Notes under the pieces: generated by a model | What the model was told of the DNA's origin: nothing | Databases searched by the model: none | Seen by the model: the letters and a program-made list of their open reading frames with translations, nothing else | Part shown: piece after piece, positions 9,341-18,223 of the stretch | How positions within the stretch are numbered: the first letter of the stretch is position 1 | Layout: the number at the start of each line of letters is the position of its first letter | Origin: a virus | Lineage: Duplodnaviria; Caudoviricetes | Reading direction: 5' to 3' (one strand) | IMG/VR virus record: IMGVR_UViG_3300022670_000050 | Location: 1 to 27,628 of that record | DNA length: 27,628 bases | Program-made: the position numbers and the translations under genes

Positions 9341-9484
9341 ATGTCTAAAGAAATATTTCCAACATGGGTTTACCATGCAGAGCATGAAGCTAGAGTAGTT
9401 CAATCTGATGTAGCTGAAGAGCTTTACAAAGATGGATGGGAAGACTCACCAGCAAAATGCAAACCAAAAGAAAAGAAAAAGTAA
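9341..9484 (+). CDS. Small protein (47 aa) not in ORF track; paralogue of the next gene's N-terminus
   Basis: AGGTGA SD, then MSKEIFPTWVYHAEHEARVVQSDVAEELYKDGWEDSPAKCKPKEKKK*. Confidence 0.8.
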   Translation: MSKEIFPTWVYHAEHEARVVQSDVAEELYKDGWEDSPAKCKPKEKKK

Positions 9485-9497
9485 GAGTTAAATAATT

Positions 9498-9526
9498 AAA
9501 AGGTCACTTAATCGGTGGCCTTTTTT
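9498..9526 (+). terminator. Intrinsic terminator after the coat operon
   Basis: AAAAGGTCAC...GTGGCCTTTTTT. Confidence 0.85.
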
Positions 9527-9577
9527 ATTTCTGCTCAATTAATGATATACTCACATAATAATCAAAAGGGCTAAATA

Positions 9578-9922
9578 ATGGCGAAATCATTCGAACAGTG
9601 GATTTACCACAAGACCAAAGCACCAAAAGTAATTGATTCAGATGATTTTGAAGACCTAAAGGCTTTAGGTTGGTCAGATACACCAGCTGATTTTATTCTT
9701 ATTGCTGATTTTGGTATTAATGGCGATGACCCTTCACAAGTTCAAGTATTAGGTGAAGCTATCCAAGGCGTTAAAGATGCAGCAAATGGCGCACTAAACA
9801 TTGGCAGCATGAACAAAAAAGAGCTTGAAGATTATGCTTCAGAACACTTTAGCGTTGAATTAGATAGACGTAGAAGCGTAAAGAAACTACGCGAAGAAGT
9901 TAACCAACTAATTAAGGGCTAA
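9578..9922 (+). CDS. Small protein in the P22 orf186 position, with C-terminal helix-extension-helix-like domain
   Basis: W.YH...GW.D.PA N-domain and C-terminal MNKKELEDYASEHFSVELDRRRSVKKLREEV. Lies between coat and gp4. Confidence 0.65.
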   Translation: MAKSFEQWIYHKTKAPKVIDSDDFEDLKALGWSDTPADFILIADFGINGDDPSQVQVLGEAIQGVKDAANGALNIGSMNKKELEDYASEHFSVELDRRRSVKKLREEVNQLIKG

Positions 9923-9924
9923 TC

Positions 9925-10362
9925 ATGACCACCATGTTAGAAGTTGTTAATGATGCTTTTGAAGAAATCTCCGTAAAGGTTGCTGAACAAGCGCTTCAAA
10001 GTGATGAATTACAATCAGGTATTAGGCGATGTAATGACCTATTAACTAGTTGGGATGATATCGGTTACATCGTAGGTTATAACCCTGTATTTAACGGTGA
10101 CGATGATTTAGGTATCGACGCAAGTACAGTAAGAGCAGTTAAAGCAAACTTAGCTGTTAAACTGGCCCCATCATTTCAAAAGCCTGTAACTTTAGATTTA
10201 AGGTTAGAGGCGAACGAGTCTTTAGACTTATTGATTAATGCCAACATATTCATTGGCAAAGTAGAATTTCCCGATACACTTCCTCTTGGTTCAGGCAATC
10301 AAGGTTGCGACTTTGATACTGATATGCGCTTTTTCAATAACAACAAAGACGAGAATTTCTGA
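9925..10362 (+). CDS. Head-tail adaptor / packaged DNA stabilisation protein (P22 gp4-like)
   Basis: NLAVKLAP.F and LPLGSGN motifs, size and synteny. Confidence 0.85.
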   Translation: MTTMLEVVNDAFEEISVKVAEQALQSDELQSGIRRCNDLLTSWDDIGYIVGYNPVFNGDDDLGIDASTVRAVKANLAVKLAPSFQKPVTLDLRLEANESLDLLINANIFIGKVEFPDTLPLGSGNQGCDFDTDMRFFNNNKDENF

Positions 10363-10364
10363 TT

Positions 10365-11819
10365 ATGCCTAGAACTTCCGTACCAATACCATTAGGCTTT
10401 TATCAAGCCCAGAGTTCAACGTTATCAATTCAGCGTTGCATTAACTGGATACCCACAGTGATGGAGAAAGCTGCGTTAAATCCTAATGCACTTATACAAC
10501 CTTCAGGTATTGAATTAAAAATACAAACTGGCTTAGGTGTTGGTCGTGGCGCTCATACAATGAAAGGCGTTCCCTACTTTGTTGTTGGTAACTTTTTAGT
10601 TTCAATGTCTGAAACTAACGTTATAACAAATCACGGAACAATATCAGGCAGTGTACGCGTATCAATGGCAGATAATGGCACTAACTTAGTTATTGTTGTA
10701 CCTGGTGGTGACGCTTACGCATTCGATAACAGCACCAACGTATTAACCCAAATCACTGACCCAGACTTTCAAACCTCGGACACTGTTAAATTTTACCGTG
10801 GCTTTTTTAATTTTACCACTAGTGACGGTAAGCAATTATTCGTATCTAATTTAAATGCACCATTAACCTTTGACGCTTTAGACTTTGGTAGTGCAGAGGG
10901 TGACCCTGATAGAATAATCACTCAGGTAGTTGATCACGATCAGCTGTCAATTATCGGCAGTAAAACAACTGAGGTATTTCGTAATATTGGCGGCGCTGAT
11001 TTTCCTTTGCAGATTATCCCTGGCGCATTTACAGAAAAAGGTGCTCACTCTAAATACGGGGCTATTAAATTTGACAATACTTATATGTTTATTGGTGGCG
11101 GTGAGAATGAATTAACGGCTATATGGCGACAAACGTCGAGCGCTTCATCCTCTAAAGTTTCGTCTGATGCCATAGATACCGAGATACAAAAATTTAACGA
11201 AGATGAAATAGCACAAGCTTTCACAATGACTTTCTCTAAAAAAGGTCAATTTTTCGCTGTATTCTCATTTAACTCGGGCAGGATACCCGGTAAAACATTT
11301 GTTTATAATGCTACTGCTTCAGCGCTTTCAGGCTCGTCAGTTTGGTTTGAGTTTCAAACAGGCGTAACTGATAACACTTGGCGCGTTAACTCAATCACCA
11401 AGGCTTACGGTCGCTTATATTGCGGCGATGCTATTGACGGGCGAATAGGTGAGATTGTAGACGACGTTTACACTGAATACGGTGAAACAGTCTTAAGGTC
11501 GGCAGCAACACAACCATTTTCTGCTGATGATGTTGATATCTTTGCTGGAGAAATAGAAGCTACCTTTCAAGCCGGTGTTGGCTTGACTGTTGGTCAAGGC
11601 TCTAACCCTGTTATACGGATGGATTTTTCAGACGATAACCGTAACTTTTCAAGCGAGTTTAGCCGGTCCATTGGTAAAATTGGCGAGTTCGGTCACGAAA
11701 CAGTGTGGCGCAGACAAGGCCAAATCCCTAAATTCAGAACTATTCGCTTCACAGTAACGGACCCAATCAACGCAAATTTGATTCAAATATCTGCCACTCC
11801 ATCACTAGGGGTTAACTAA
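10365..11819 (+). CDS. Tail hub protein (P22 gp10-like)
   Basis: 484 aa, beta-propeller-like. VSMADNG, SAEGDPD, TTEVF.N.G and WRR.G motifs. Follows gp4. Confidence 0.9.
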   Translation: MPRTSVPIPLGFYQAQSSTLSIQRCINWIPTVMEKAALNPNALIQPSGIELKIQTGLGVGRGAHTMKGVPYFVVGNFLVSMSETNVITNHGTISGSVRVSMADNGTNLVIVVPGGDAYAFDNSTNVLTQITDPDFQTSDTVKFYRGFFNFTTSDGKQLFVSNLNAPLTFDALDFGSAEGDPDRIITQVVDHDQLSIIGSKTTEVFRNIGGADFPLQIIPGAFTEKGAHSKYGAIKFDNTYMFIGGGENELTAIWRQTSSASSSKVSSDAIDTEIQKFNEDEIAQAFTMTFSKKGQFFAVFSFNSGRIPGKTFVYNATASALSGSSVWFEFQTGVTDNTWRVNSITKAYGRLYCGDAIDGRIGEIVDDVYTEYGETVLRSAATQPFSADDVDIFAGEIEATFQAGVGLTVGQGSNPVIRMDFSDDNRNFSSEFSRSIGKIGEFGHETVWRRQGQIPKFRTIRFTVTDPINANLIQISATPSLGVN

Positions 11820-12085
11820 TGGCCAATATAATTGTACCTAATCGACTACAGTGGATGGATTCCGAGGGGAACTTTACCCTTCAGGCGTTAAGGTTTTTCG
11901 AGGACTTATCAGAGCAGACTAATGACACAACCGGAGAGGTGGAGGCTAGCGGTTCAGTATCTTCATTTTCTGCACAATTACAACAAGTAAGAAAAGAATT
12001 AAACGGACTGCCTGAGTTCACAATGGATACGACAGGCTTTACAACTGATACAACCTTTATAACGACAGACAAGGTGATCGCATAA
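11819..12085 (+). CDS. Short protein in tail-needle (gp26) position with C-terminal xTxD repeat
   Basis: Coupled to gp10. Helical middle, ends FTMDTTGFTTDTTFITTDKVIA. Confidence 0.6.
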   Translation: MANIIVPNRLQWMDSEGNFTLQALRFFEDLSEQTNDTTGEVEASGSVSSFSAQLQQVRKELNGLPEFTMDTTGFTTDTTFITTDKVIA

Positions 12086-13401
12086 TGGCACAACAAGATA
12101 TAATTATAGGCACGGCAAACGCCAAAGCAGGCGATACCTTATTTACAGCATTCACAAAAACACAAGCTAATTTTACCGAGCTATACGGCAACATATCAGA
12201 AACCGGCATAGTAGTTAATCAAGCAAACCTAGCGACAACACTAGGTGCAGCAATTAACAGTACAAAGGTTTATTTGCTTGATGGCGTTGTTGACTTTACC
12301 GGTACAGGCTTAAATATTGAAGTGCCTGCCGGCGGTATAAACATAATCGGATCAACCTTTAACGTGTCGGGAATTAAATGTACTGATGCTGCTTATACGT
12401 TATATACATCACCTGTCGGTGGTAGTGGTGATGTGTTAAGGGAAAGGTTTTTTGTTGAAGTATCGGGCGCAGGCTCTCAAGTTTACGACCTAACAGATGC
12501 AACGGGATTTCACGCAATAGAGGCTGATAGAGTTAATTATAATGATTGTACTTCACTTGGTACTATAGACGGTTATCGACAAGGATTAGAAAGCGGAACA
12601 GGTCGTTTTGGTGGCACTCCTGAATTAACCCTAGCCGGTACTTGGGTAGGTGGTTTTTTTATTGACACATCAATCGTCAGGTCTTTGACTAATTCAGCAT
12701 TTACATTATTCAAAGCCGGTGTTGGTTTTACTATGGCGTCGAGATTCAGAAGCAATCAGAACATTGATTTGCCTGCATTGGCTAGCTTCTTGGATTTTGC
12801 CCCCTCTAACTTTATTAACCCTTCAACACTTCAGTTAGAACAGTGTATTGTCACCAGAAACGGGGTTTTCGATGCTAGCGATTCAAACTTAACACCAAAC
12901 ATAACAGCCAGTGACTTACAAAGCGCATGGGTAGGCAACAACGGATTACCTAACACGTTTGTAGGCGGGCAGTTAAGCGTTACATCAGAAACAACGACGA
13001 CAATAGGATCAGCGGGTGTTTTTGTTGATTTGGCAGGAACTTACACACCAAGCGATTTGCAACATTTTGATGAACCAGCCAACGGGCAATTAAGGCATTT
13101 AGGTAATTCACCTAGAGAATACAAAGTCTCTGGTCAAATTGTTTTAGACGGTGGCTCAAATGATGTAGCGGCACTTAAAATTGTAATATTTAGAGATGCA
13201 ACCACAAGCTTTGAAGATGCCAAAACTATCACAAGGGTAATCAATAACCTTCAGGGTGGTCGCGATGTTGCTTACTTTGTACTTGATGACAATATCATAT
13301 TAAACGTGGATGACTATGTAAAAATACAAGTCGCTAACATATCTGACACAAGCAATGTCACAGCCGAACTAGATTCATTCTTTACAGTAGAGGCTAGATA
13401 A
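12085..13401 (+). CDS. Putative trimeric tail appendage with T4 gp9/gp10-like N-terminal segment
   Basis: MAQQDIIIGTANAKAGDTLFTAFTKTQANFTELY resembles the T4 gp9/gp10 N-terminus (I.IG.....GD.L.....K.N.NF.ELY). The remainder is beta-rich. Confidence 0.6.
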   Translation: MAQQDIIIGTANAKAGDTLFTAFTKTQANFTELYGNISETGIVVNQANLATTLGAAINSTKVYLLDGVVDFTGTGLNIEVPAGGINIIGSTFNVSGIKCTDAAYTLYTSPVGGSGDVLRERFFVEVSGAGSQVYDLTDATGFHAIEADRVNYNDCTSLGTIDGYRQGLESGTGRFGGTPELTLAGTWVGGFFIDTSIVRSLTNSAFTLFKAGVGFTMASRFRSNQNIDLPALASFLDFAPSNFINPSTLQLEQCIVTRNGVFDASDSNLTPNITASDLQSAWVGNNGLPNTFVGGQLSVTSETTTTIGSAGVFVDLAGTYTPSDLQHFDEPANGQLRHLGNSPREYKVSGQIVLDGGSNDVAALKIVIFRDATTSFEDAKTITRVINNLQGGRDVAYFVLDDNIILNVDDYVKIQVANISDTSNVTAELDSFFTVEAR

Positions 13402-13728
13402 ATGGCAACTATACAATTATCAGATAACTTTGTTAATAACGCAGTTGATACGCCCGAACCAGCATTTACAGCAGGGACTAAAGGCGTAGTCATAGAATCA
13501 TTCACGGCAACTAACAACTCAATAGTTAACGCGAGTTACAAAGCTTATATAAAAACATCAGCAGGATCATTGCAACCTCAAAGGCCATTTAAAATAGTCG
13601 TTTGGGGAGAAAATGATTTAGGTATAGGCATTGTAAATCAAATAATACCAGCAGGCGCACAACTAATGGTTGAAGCTTCAGCGCTTAACTCTATTTACTT
13701 TACAGTAACAGGTAGAGAAGCAAGTTAG
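13402..13728 (+). CDS. Small beta-rich putative tail structural protein (108 aa)
   Basis: Abuts the upstream stop. Beta-sandwich pattern ending ...FTVTGRE. Confidence 0.6.
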   Translation: MATIQLSDNFVNNAVDTPEPAFTAGTKGVVIESFTATNNSIVNASYKAYIKTSAGSLQPQRPFKIVVWGENDLGIGIVNQIIPAGAQLMVEASALNSIYFTVTGREAS

Positions 13729-13760
13729 CCATATTGACTAAAATTTGGTAAAATTGACAA

Positions 13761-14234
13761 ATGATAGATTTATACCATACGAATGACATGAATTTAGTTA
13801 GAAGCATAATGACCTCCCCTGATATTTGGGAACAGTCTGTTGAGGATGGCTCTAATATTAGCAACTTTTACCCTAGTCAAGATTACTTGTCTATATGGTT
13901 ACTGGTAAGGTTTAAGGATGAAATCATTGGCGTAATGCTGGTTCATAACGACACACTTTGCAGTGTCAATATTCACCCGGCTTTATTAAGTAAACACAAA
14001 AGATACGGTAGGGATATGATGAAAGCTTTCTTTAAATGGTTTTTAACTCTGCCCGATACGTTAACAAAGGTTAATTGTTCAATACCTGACAACTTGAAAA
14101 TGGTTCAAAACTTCGCTAAGAAAGTCGGATTTAAGCATGAAGGAATTAATCGGGCGAGTTTTTTTAAAGATGGTATAGCGCAAGATCAAATCAGATACGG
14201 TTTAACTAGAGAAGAAATTAAGGGCTTAATATGA
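13761..14234 (+). CDS. GNAT-fold protein (P22 gp14-like)
   Basis: NIHPALL...G, NCSIP...FAKKVGFKHEG..R.SF.KDG...DQ..YGLTR. Located immediately before the ejection genes as in P22. Confidence 0.8.
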   Translation: MIDLYHTNDMNLVRSIMTSPDIWEQSVEDGSNISNFYPSQDYLSIWLLVRFKDEIIGVMLVHNDTLCSVNIHPALLSKHKRYGRDMMKAFFKWFLTLPDTLTKVNCSIPDNLKMVQNFAKKVGFKHEGINRASFFKDGIAQDQIRYGLTREEIKGLI

Positions 14235-14848
14235 GTAGCATACTTTCACAAACGGGCGTTGGTGGTCTTTTAGGGCTAGAAACTGACGCTGAAAAGGCGG
14301 CTAAAAAAGCAGCAGGAATTCAACAACAAGGTCAAGATGCTGGAATTGCTGAGCAACGCCGCCAGTTTGATATCACACAGGGTAACTTTCAGCCATTTCA
14401 AGAGGCAGGAGTTGCAGCGCTAGGGCAACAGCAAGCCTTATTGGGTTTAAGTGGTGTGGATGCTCAGCAATCGGCTTTCGACCAGTTCAATCAATCACCA
14501 GGCCAACAATTCTTACGTGATAGAGCGCAGAAAAACTTAGTGCGTAACTCTTCGGCTATTGGTGGCTTAGGTGGTGGCAATGTTCGTTCTGCTTTAGTTG
14601 AGCAAGGTGTCGGCTTTGCACAACAAGACTTTAACAATCAATTTGGTCGACTAGGTCAGTTAGCCGGTCAAGGTCAATCGGCTGTCACTAGCTTAGGTCA
14701 GTTTGGTGCACAAGCATCAGGAAATATTCAGCAAGGTTTAATCGGTGGATCACAAGCTAGAGCTTCGGGTATTCTAGGTGCTCAACAGGCTAGGTCTCAA
14801 CAGCAGCAAAACTTATTCGGCTTAGCTTCAGCCGCTTTTGGAGCGTAA
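14231..14848 (+). CDS. DNA ejection protein (P22 gp7-like)
   Basis: Gln/Gly/Ala-rich. EQRRQFD...QPF..AG, SPG.QF and GGL.GGN motifs. First of three ejection genes. Confidence 0.8.
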   Translation: MSSILSQTGVGGLLGLETDAEKAAKKAAGIQQQGQDAGIAEQRRQFDITQGNFQPFQEAGVAALGQQQALLGLSGVDAQQSAFDQFNQSPGQQFLRDRAQKNLVRNSSAIGGLGGGNVRSALVEQGVGFAQQDFNNQFGRLGQLAGQGQSAVTSLGQFGAQASGNIQQGLIGGSQARASGILGAQQARSQQQQNLFGLASAAFGA

Positions 14849-14849
14849 C

Positions 14850-15959
14850 ATGGCATTACAAACAGCTAATCAATTTCAACTAACACCTGATTTAGTGGGT
14901 GCAGCTAGCCGAGGCTTACAACTTGGTAATCAATTTAGACAGCAGCAACAACAAGCAACCAATCAAAAGCTAGGCACTCAACAGCAGGCGATACTAGATG
15001 ATTTATCTAGCAAAGCAGCAGCAGGCGACCCACAAGCTTTAACGCAATTATCTGGTATTGCACCGGATATAGCTACAAAAATACAAACCTTTCAAGCTAC
15101 ACAGAAAGAGAATAAGTTTAAATCTGTTGTTCGCGGAGGCCAAGAAGTTCAGAATATCCCTACAGTTGAAGGTAAAATTGCTTTCCTTGAAAACAGAATA
15201 GCAAAAGAGTTGCCAAGCCAAGGAGTGACGGACACAAGCGACACTCAAGAGTTATTAGATTTGTATAAATCTGGTGACATTGCCGGCGGTAATGCTTTGG
15301 TTGATCAGGTTGTTCAATCTGGTGTACAGTCTGGATTTTTAAAGGCGGCACCGGTTAAAAAACTAAGCTCATTACAGCAAAAAGTAGAGGCTGAAGGTTT
15401 GGACCCGTTTTCATCAGAAGGTCAAGCAAGAGCTAGGGAAATAACCCAAGGATCGAGAACTGACCCATCATTAAAGCCTAGTGATCAAGCTACGCTAAAC
15501 AAAGCAAGCGAGGGTCAATTAGCTTCGTCTATTTTTGCTAATAGAGTTAATTCAGCCAATACAATAATAAATGATTTAGAAGCAATTGAAGGCTTTGACC
15601 CTACATCAATACAGGCGGCACTATTTGGTGCTGTACCTGGCGGCAACATCGTGTTATCTGATGATCAGCAGCAGTATACCCAAGCTAAAAGAGATCTTAT
15701 TTCTGCGGTTTTACGAAAAGAGTCTGGTGCAGTAATAAGCGCCAGTGAATTTGATAACGAAGATAAAAAACTATTCCCTCAGATTGGGGATAAGCCAGGC
15801 GTATTAAAGCAAAAATCAAAGGCAAGACAAAGAGCATTTGAAAACCTAAGCGCTCAATCAAAAGGTGTATTCGATGTTCAGTTTGGTGATAAATCCGGAA
15901 CTTTAAGTAGTGCTGAAAAAGCAGAACTAGAGCAATTACGCGCAGAACTAGGACAATAA
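14850..15959 (+). CDS. DNA ejection protein (gp20 position)
   Basis: Start re-called at ATG 14850 (GGAG SD). Helical and Gln-rich, with C-terminal AVLRKESGAVI..SEF...FPQIGD. Confidence 0.7.
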   Translation: MALQTANQFQLTPDLVGAASRGLQLGNQFRQQQQQATNQKLGTQQQAILDDLSSKAAAGDPQALTQLSGIAPDIATKIQTFQATQKENKFKSVVRGGQEVQNIPTVEGKIAFLENRIAKELPSQGVTDTSDTQELLDLYKSGDIAGGNALVDQVVQSGVQSGFLKAAPVKKLSSLQQKVEAEGLDPFSSEGQARAREITQGSRTDPSLKPSDQATLNKASEGQLASSIFANRVNSANTIINDLEAIEGFDPTSIQAALFGAVPGGNIVLSDDQQQYTQAKRDLISAVLRKESGAVISASEFDNEDKKLFPQIGDKPGVLKQKSKARQRAFENLSAQSKGVFDVQFGDKSGTLSSAEKAELEQLRAELGQ

Positions 15960-15961
15960 AA

Positions 15962-18223
15962 ATGGCTAATGAAAGACAAGAGCTAGACCGATTAAGAAAA
16001 ATGAAGCGGTTACGTGAACTTGAATCAAGAGAGGTGCAAGATGTTAACATTCCTGATAGTGGTATGGTCGTACCTAATGCTAGTGGGGCTACTGGTCAAA
16101 CTCAGCAGCAAGGAGTAGATAAGAGTTTTCTTTCTACTGTAGGTGAATTCTTTACCGGTAGCGACAGAGAAACACAAGCTACCCGTGACTTGCCTGAAAT
16201 TGGCCAAGGCGGTTTATTATTTGGTGAAGATAAACTAAAAGCAGCAGCAATAACGCCAGCACTATTAACCGCAACAAATCCTGAAGAGATGGGGCAGATT
16301 TTAAGTTCTAATTTTTCAAATATTGGCGTTACATCTGATAAAAAAGGCAACTTGTTTGCAAGGAATAATACTACCGGTGCAAGTGTTGTTCTTAATAAGC
16401 CTGGAGTTAGTCAAATAGATATAATGCAGGGCTTAGGAATTGCGGCGGCGTTTACCCCTGCTGGTCGTGCTGCTGGACTTGTTAAAACTGGTGTGGCTGC
16501 TGGTGCTACTAGCGCAGGCATTGAAGCTTTACAGGCTTTATCTGGTGGTGAGTTTGACGCTTCACAGGTTGTTATTGATACTGTTACCGCTGGCGTACTT
16601 GATAAGGCTTTCGAAGTTGCAAAAGCTACAGGGCGCTCTATTCGTGACGTATTAAAGAAAGACACAAACATTGATCCCGATCAAATATTAAAATCATTTG
16701 ACCCAAGAGGAACTAAAAGCAAGCAGTTCGGCAAAGACAAGCCAAAGACGTCAGAGGTGTTGCAACAACAAATATCTCAAGCCGACTTACCTCCTGAAGC
16801 GTTAAAAAGAATTAGAGGAGCAGAGGAGCAAGGCGTTCAACTATCAAGGGCGCAAGCTTCACAACAATTTGCCGCTTCCGACGCAGAGCAAACGCTATTA
16901 AAATCTATATCACCAGAAGGTGAGCAGGCTAGACAATTTGCCGAACAACAACAAACACAATTAAAAAGTGCTGCTGATGCGTTTACTCAAAAGTTTGGTG
17001 GTTCAGGAAGATTTAAAGAGGCGCTAGGCGAAACGGCAGAAGACACAGCAAGAGGAAAAGGCGAATTAGTACAAGACGTTTTACTTGAGCGAAAAGAGTT
17101 AGGACAAAAAGAAGTTTCAGAGCTTTACACCTTAGCCGGTGAAACAGCGGGCGAGGCTTTGCCACTTAATAATACTTCTATCGTTGAAATTGCTGATGAC
17201 ATTATTGTTAATAGGCCAATAACGCCAGAGGTTGAAAAATCTATTAATACCGCTATGGCTAAGTTTGGCTTGATTGGTGACAGTGTTGAACAGTCAACCA
17301 GAAATAAGTTTAAGGTGATGGACGGCGATCAAGCTATAACGATAACCGGTGATGTTACCCCGTTAACTTTAAATAACGCTGAAGAATTTAGAAAGGCATT
17401 AAATAAAGCAGTAGGCGCAGACCAAACAGGAAGCGCTAAGGCTGTTGTTGGTGAATTAGATAAGCAAATAGCCACTGTTATTGATCAAGGTGTTGAAGGT
17501 GGCAGAACTACCGCATTTAAAACAGCGAGAGAAGCAGCCAAGCAGCAAATACAAACATTCAAAGCCAAAGATGTTATAGAGGATTTAACAGGCTTTAAGC
17601 GCGGTACAAGTACACCTAAAGTTGACCCAGAAACAGTTATTAATAAAATTGTTAAAGGTGATAAGGCTGTCACTAACATACGTAAGATTAAACAAATTTT
17701 ACTAGAAAACCCGACAGACCAAAGCAAAAGAGCATGGCGATCAATTCAAGCTGAAATGATAGGTGATATTTTAGGCCAATCAATTAACAAGCAGACTTTA
17801 GAAATATCAGGCGCTAGATTAAACACAGCAATCAGCAAAGTAAAGCCTGAAGCGTTACGGGAATTACTAGGCAAGAAGCAATTTGCTGAGCTTAAACGAC
17901 TACAAAGAGTTATAGGTGATGCCACTATTCCACCACCAGGAACCACAAACCCTAGCGGCACGTTTACGAAGTTTTTAAATATCACTGAAAGGCTAGGTAA
18001 TTTCGGCGGCTTTGGTGTTGTAAACTTTGGCTCGTTAGCGGTTGAACAGATAAAGAAAGGCGCTGTGATAAAGGCTCGTAAAAAGACTTTAGACGGACTG
18101 ATTAACACTAAAATAACCAGACTTAAAAAATCAAACCCTACCATGAGCAGAAGCGCATTAGAAAAAGCTGCTAGAACATTGGCATTTTTAGAAATTAGAG
18201 AATTAGATAAGGAAAATAAATAA
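15962..18223 (+). CDS. DNA ejection protein (gp16 position)
   Basis: 753 aa, helical, with Gly/Ala hydrophobic segments (LNKPG.S..D, AAGATSAG). Lies between the gp20-like gene and the tailspike. Confidence 0.72.
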   Translation: MANERQELDRLRKMKRLRELESREVQDVNIPDSGMVVPNASGATGQTQQQGVDKSFLSTVGEFFTGSDRETQATRDLPEIGQGGLLFGEDKLKAAAITPALLTATNPEEMGQILSSNFSNIGVTSDKKGNLFARNNTTGASVVLNKPGVSQIDIMQGLGIAAAFTPAGRAAGLVKTGVAAGATSAGIEALQALSGGEFDASQVVIDTVTAGVLDKAFEVAKATGRSIRDVLKKDTNIDPDQILKSFDPRGTKSKQFGKDKPKTSEVLQQQISQADLPPEALKRIRGAEEQGVQLSRAQASQQFAASDAEQTLLKSISPEGEQARQFAEQQQTQLKSAADAFTQKFGGSGRFKEALGETAEDTARGKGELVQDVLLERKELGQKEVSELYTLAGETAGEALPLNNTSIVEIADDIIVNRPITPEVEKSINTAMAKFGLIGDSVEQSTRNKFKVMDGDQAITITGDVTPLTLNNAEEFRKALNKAVGADQTGSAKAVVGELDKQIATVIDQGVEGGRTTAFKTAREAAKQQIQTFKAKDVIEDLTGFKRGTSTPKVDPETVINKIVKGDKAVTNIRKIKQILLENPTDQSKRAWRSIQAEMIGDILGQSINKQTLEISGARLNTAISKVKPEALRELLGKKQFAELKRLQRVIGDATIPPPGTTNPSGTFTKFLNITERLGNFGGFGVVNFGSLAVEQIKKGAVIKARKKTLDGLINTKITRLKKSNPTMSRSALEKAARTLAFLEIRELDKENK

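Noticed and set aside
249-14226. Recurrent GGGCT upstream of several structural starts (249, 9568, 9916, 14222)
   Set aside because: Adequately explained as weak SD variants. Too short to claim a regulatory motif without statistics.
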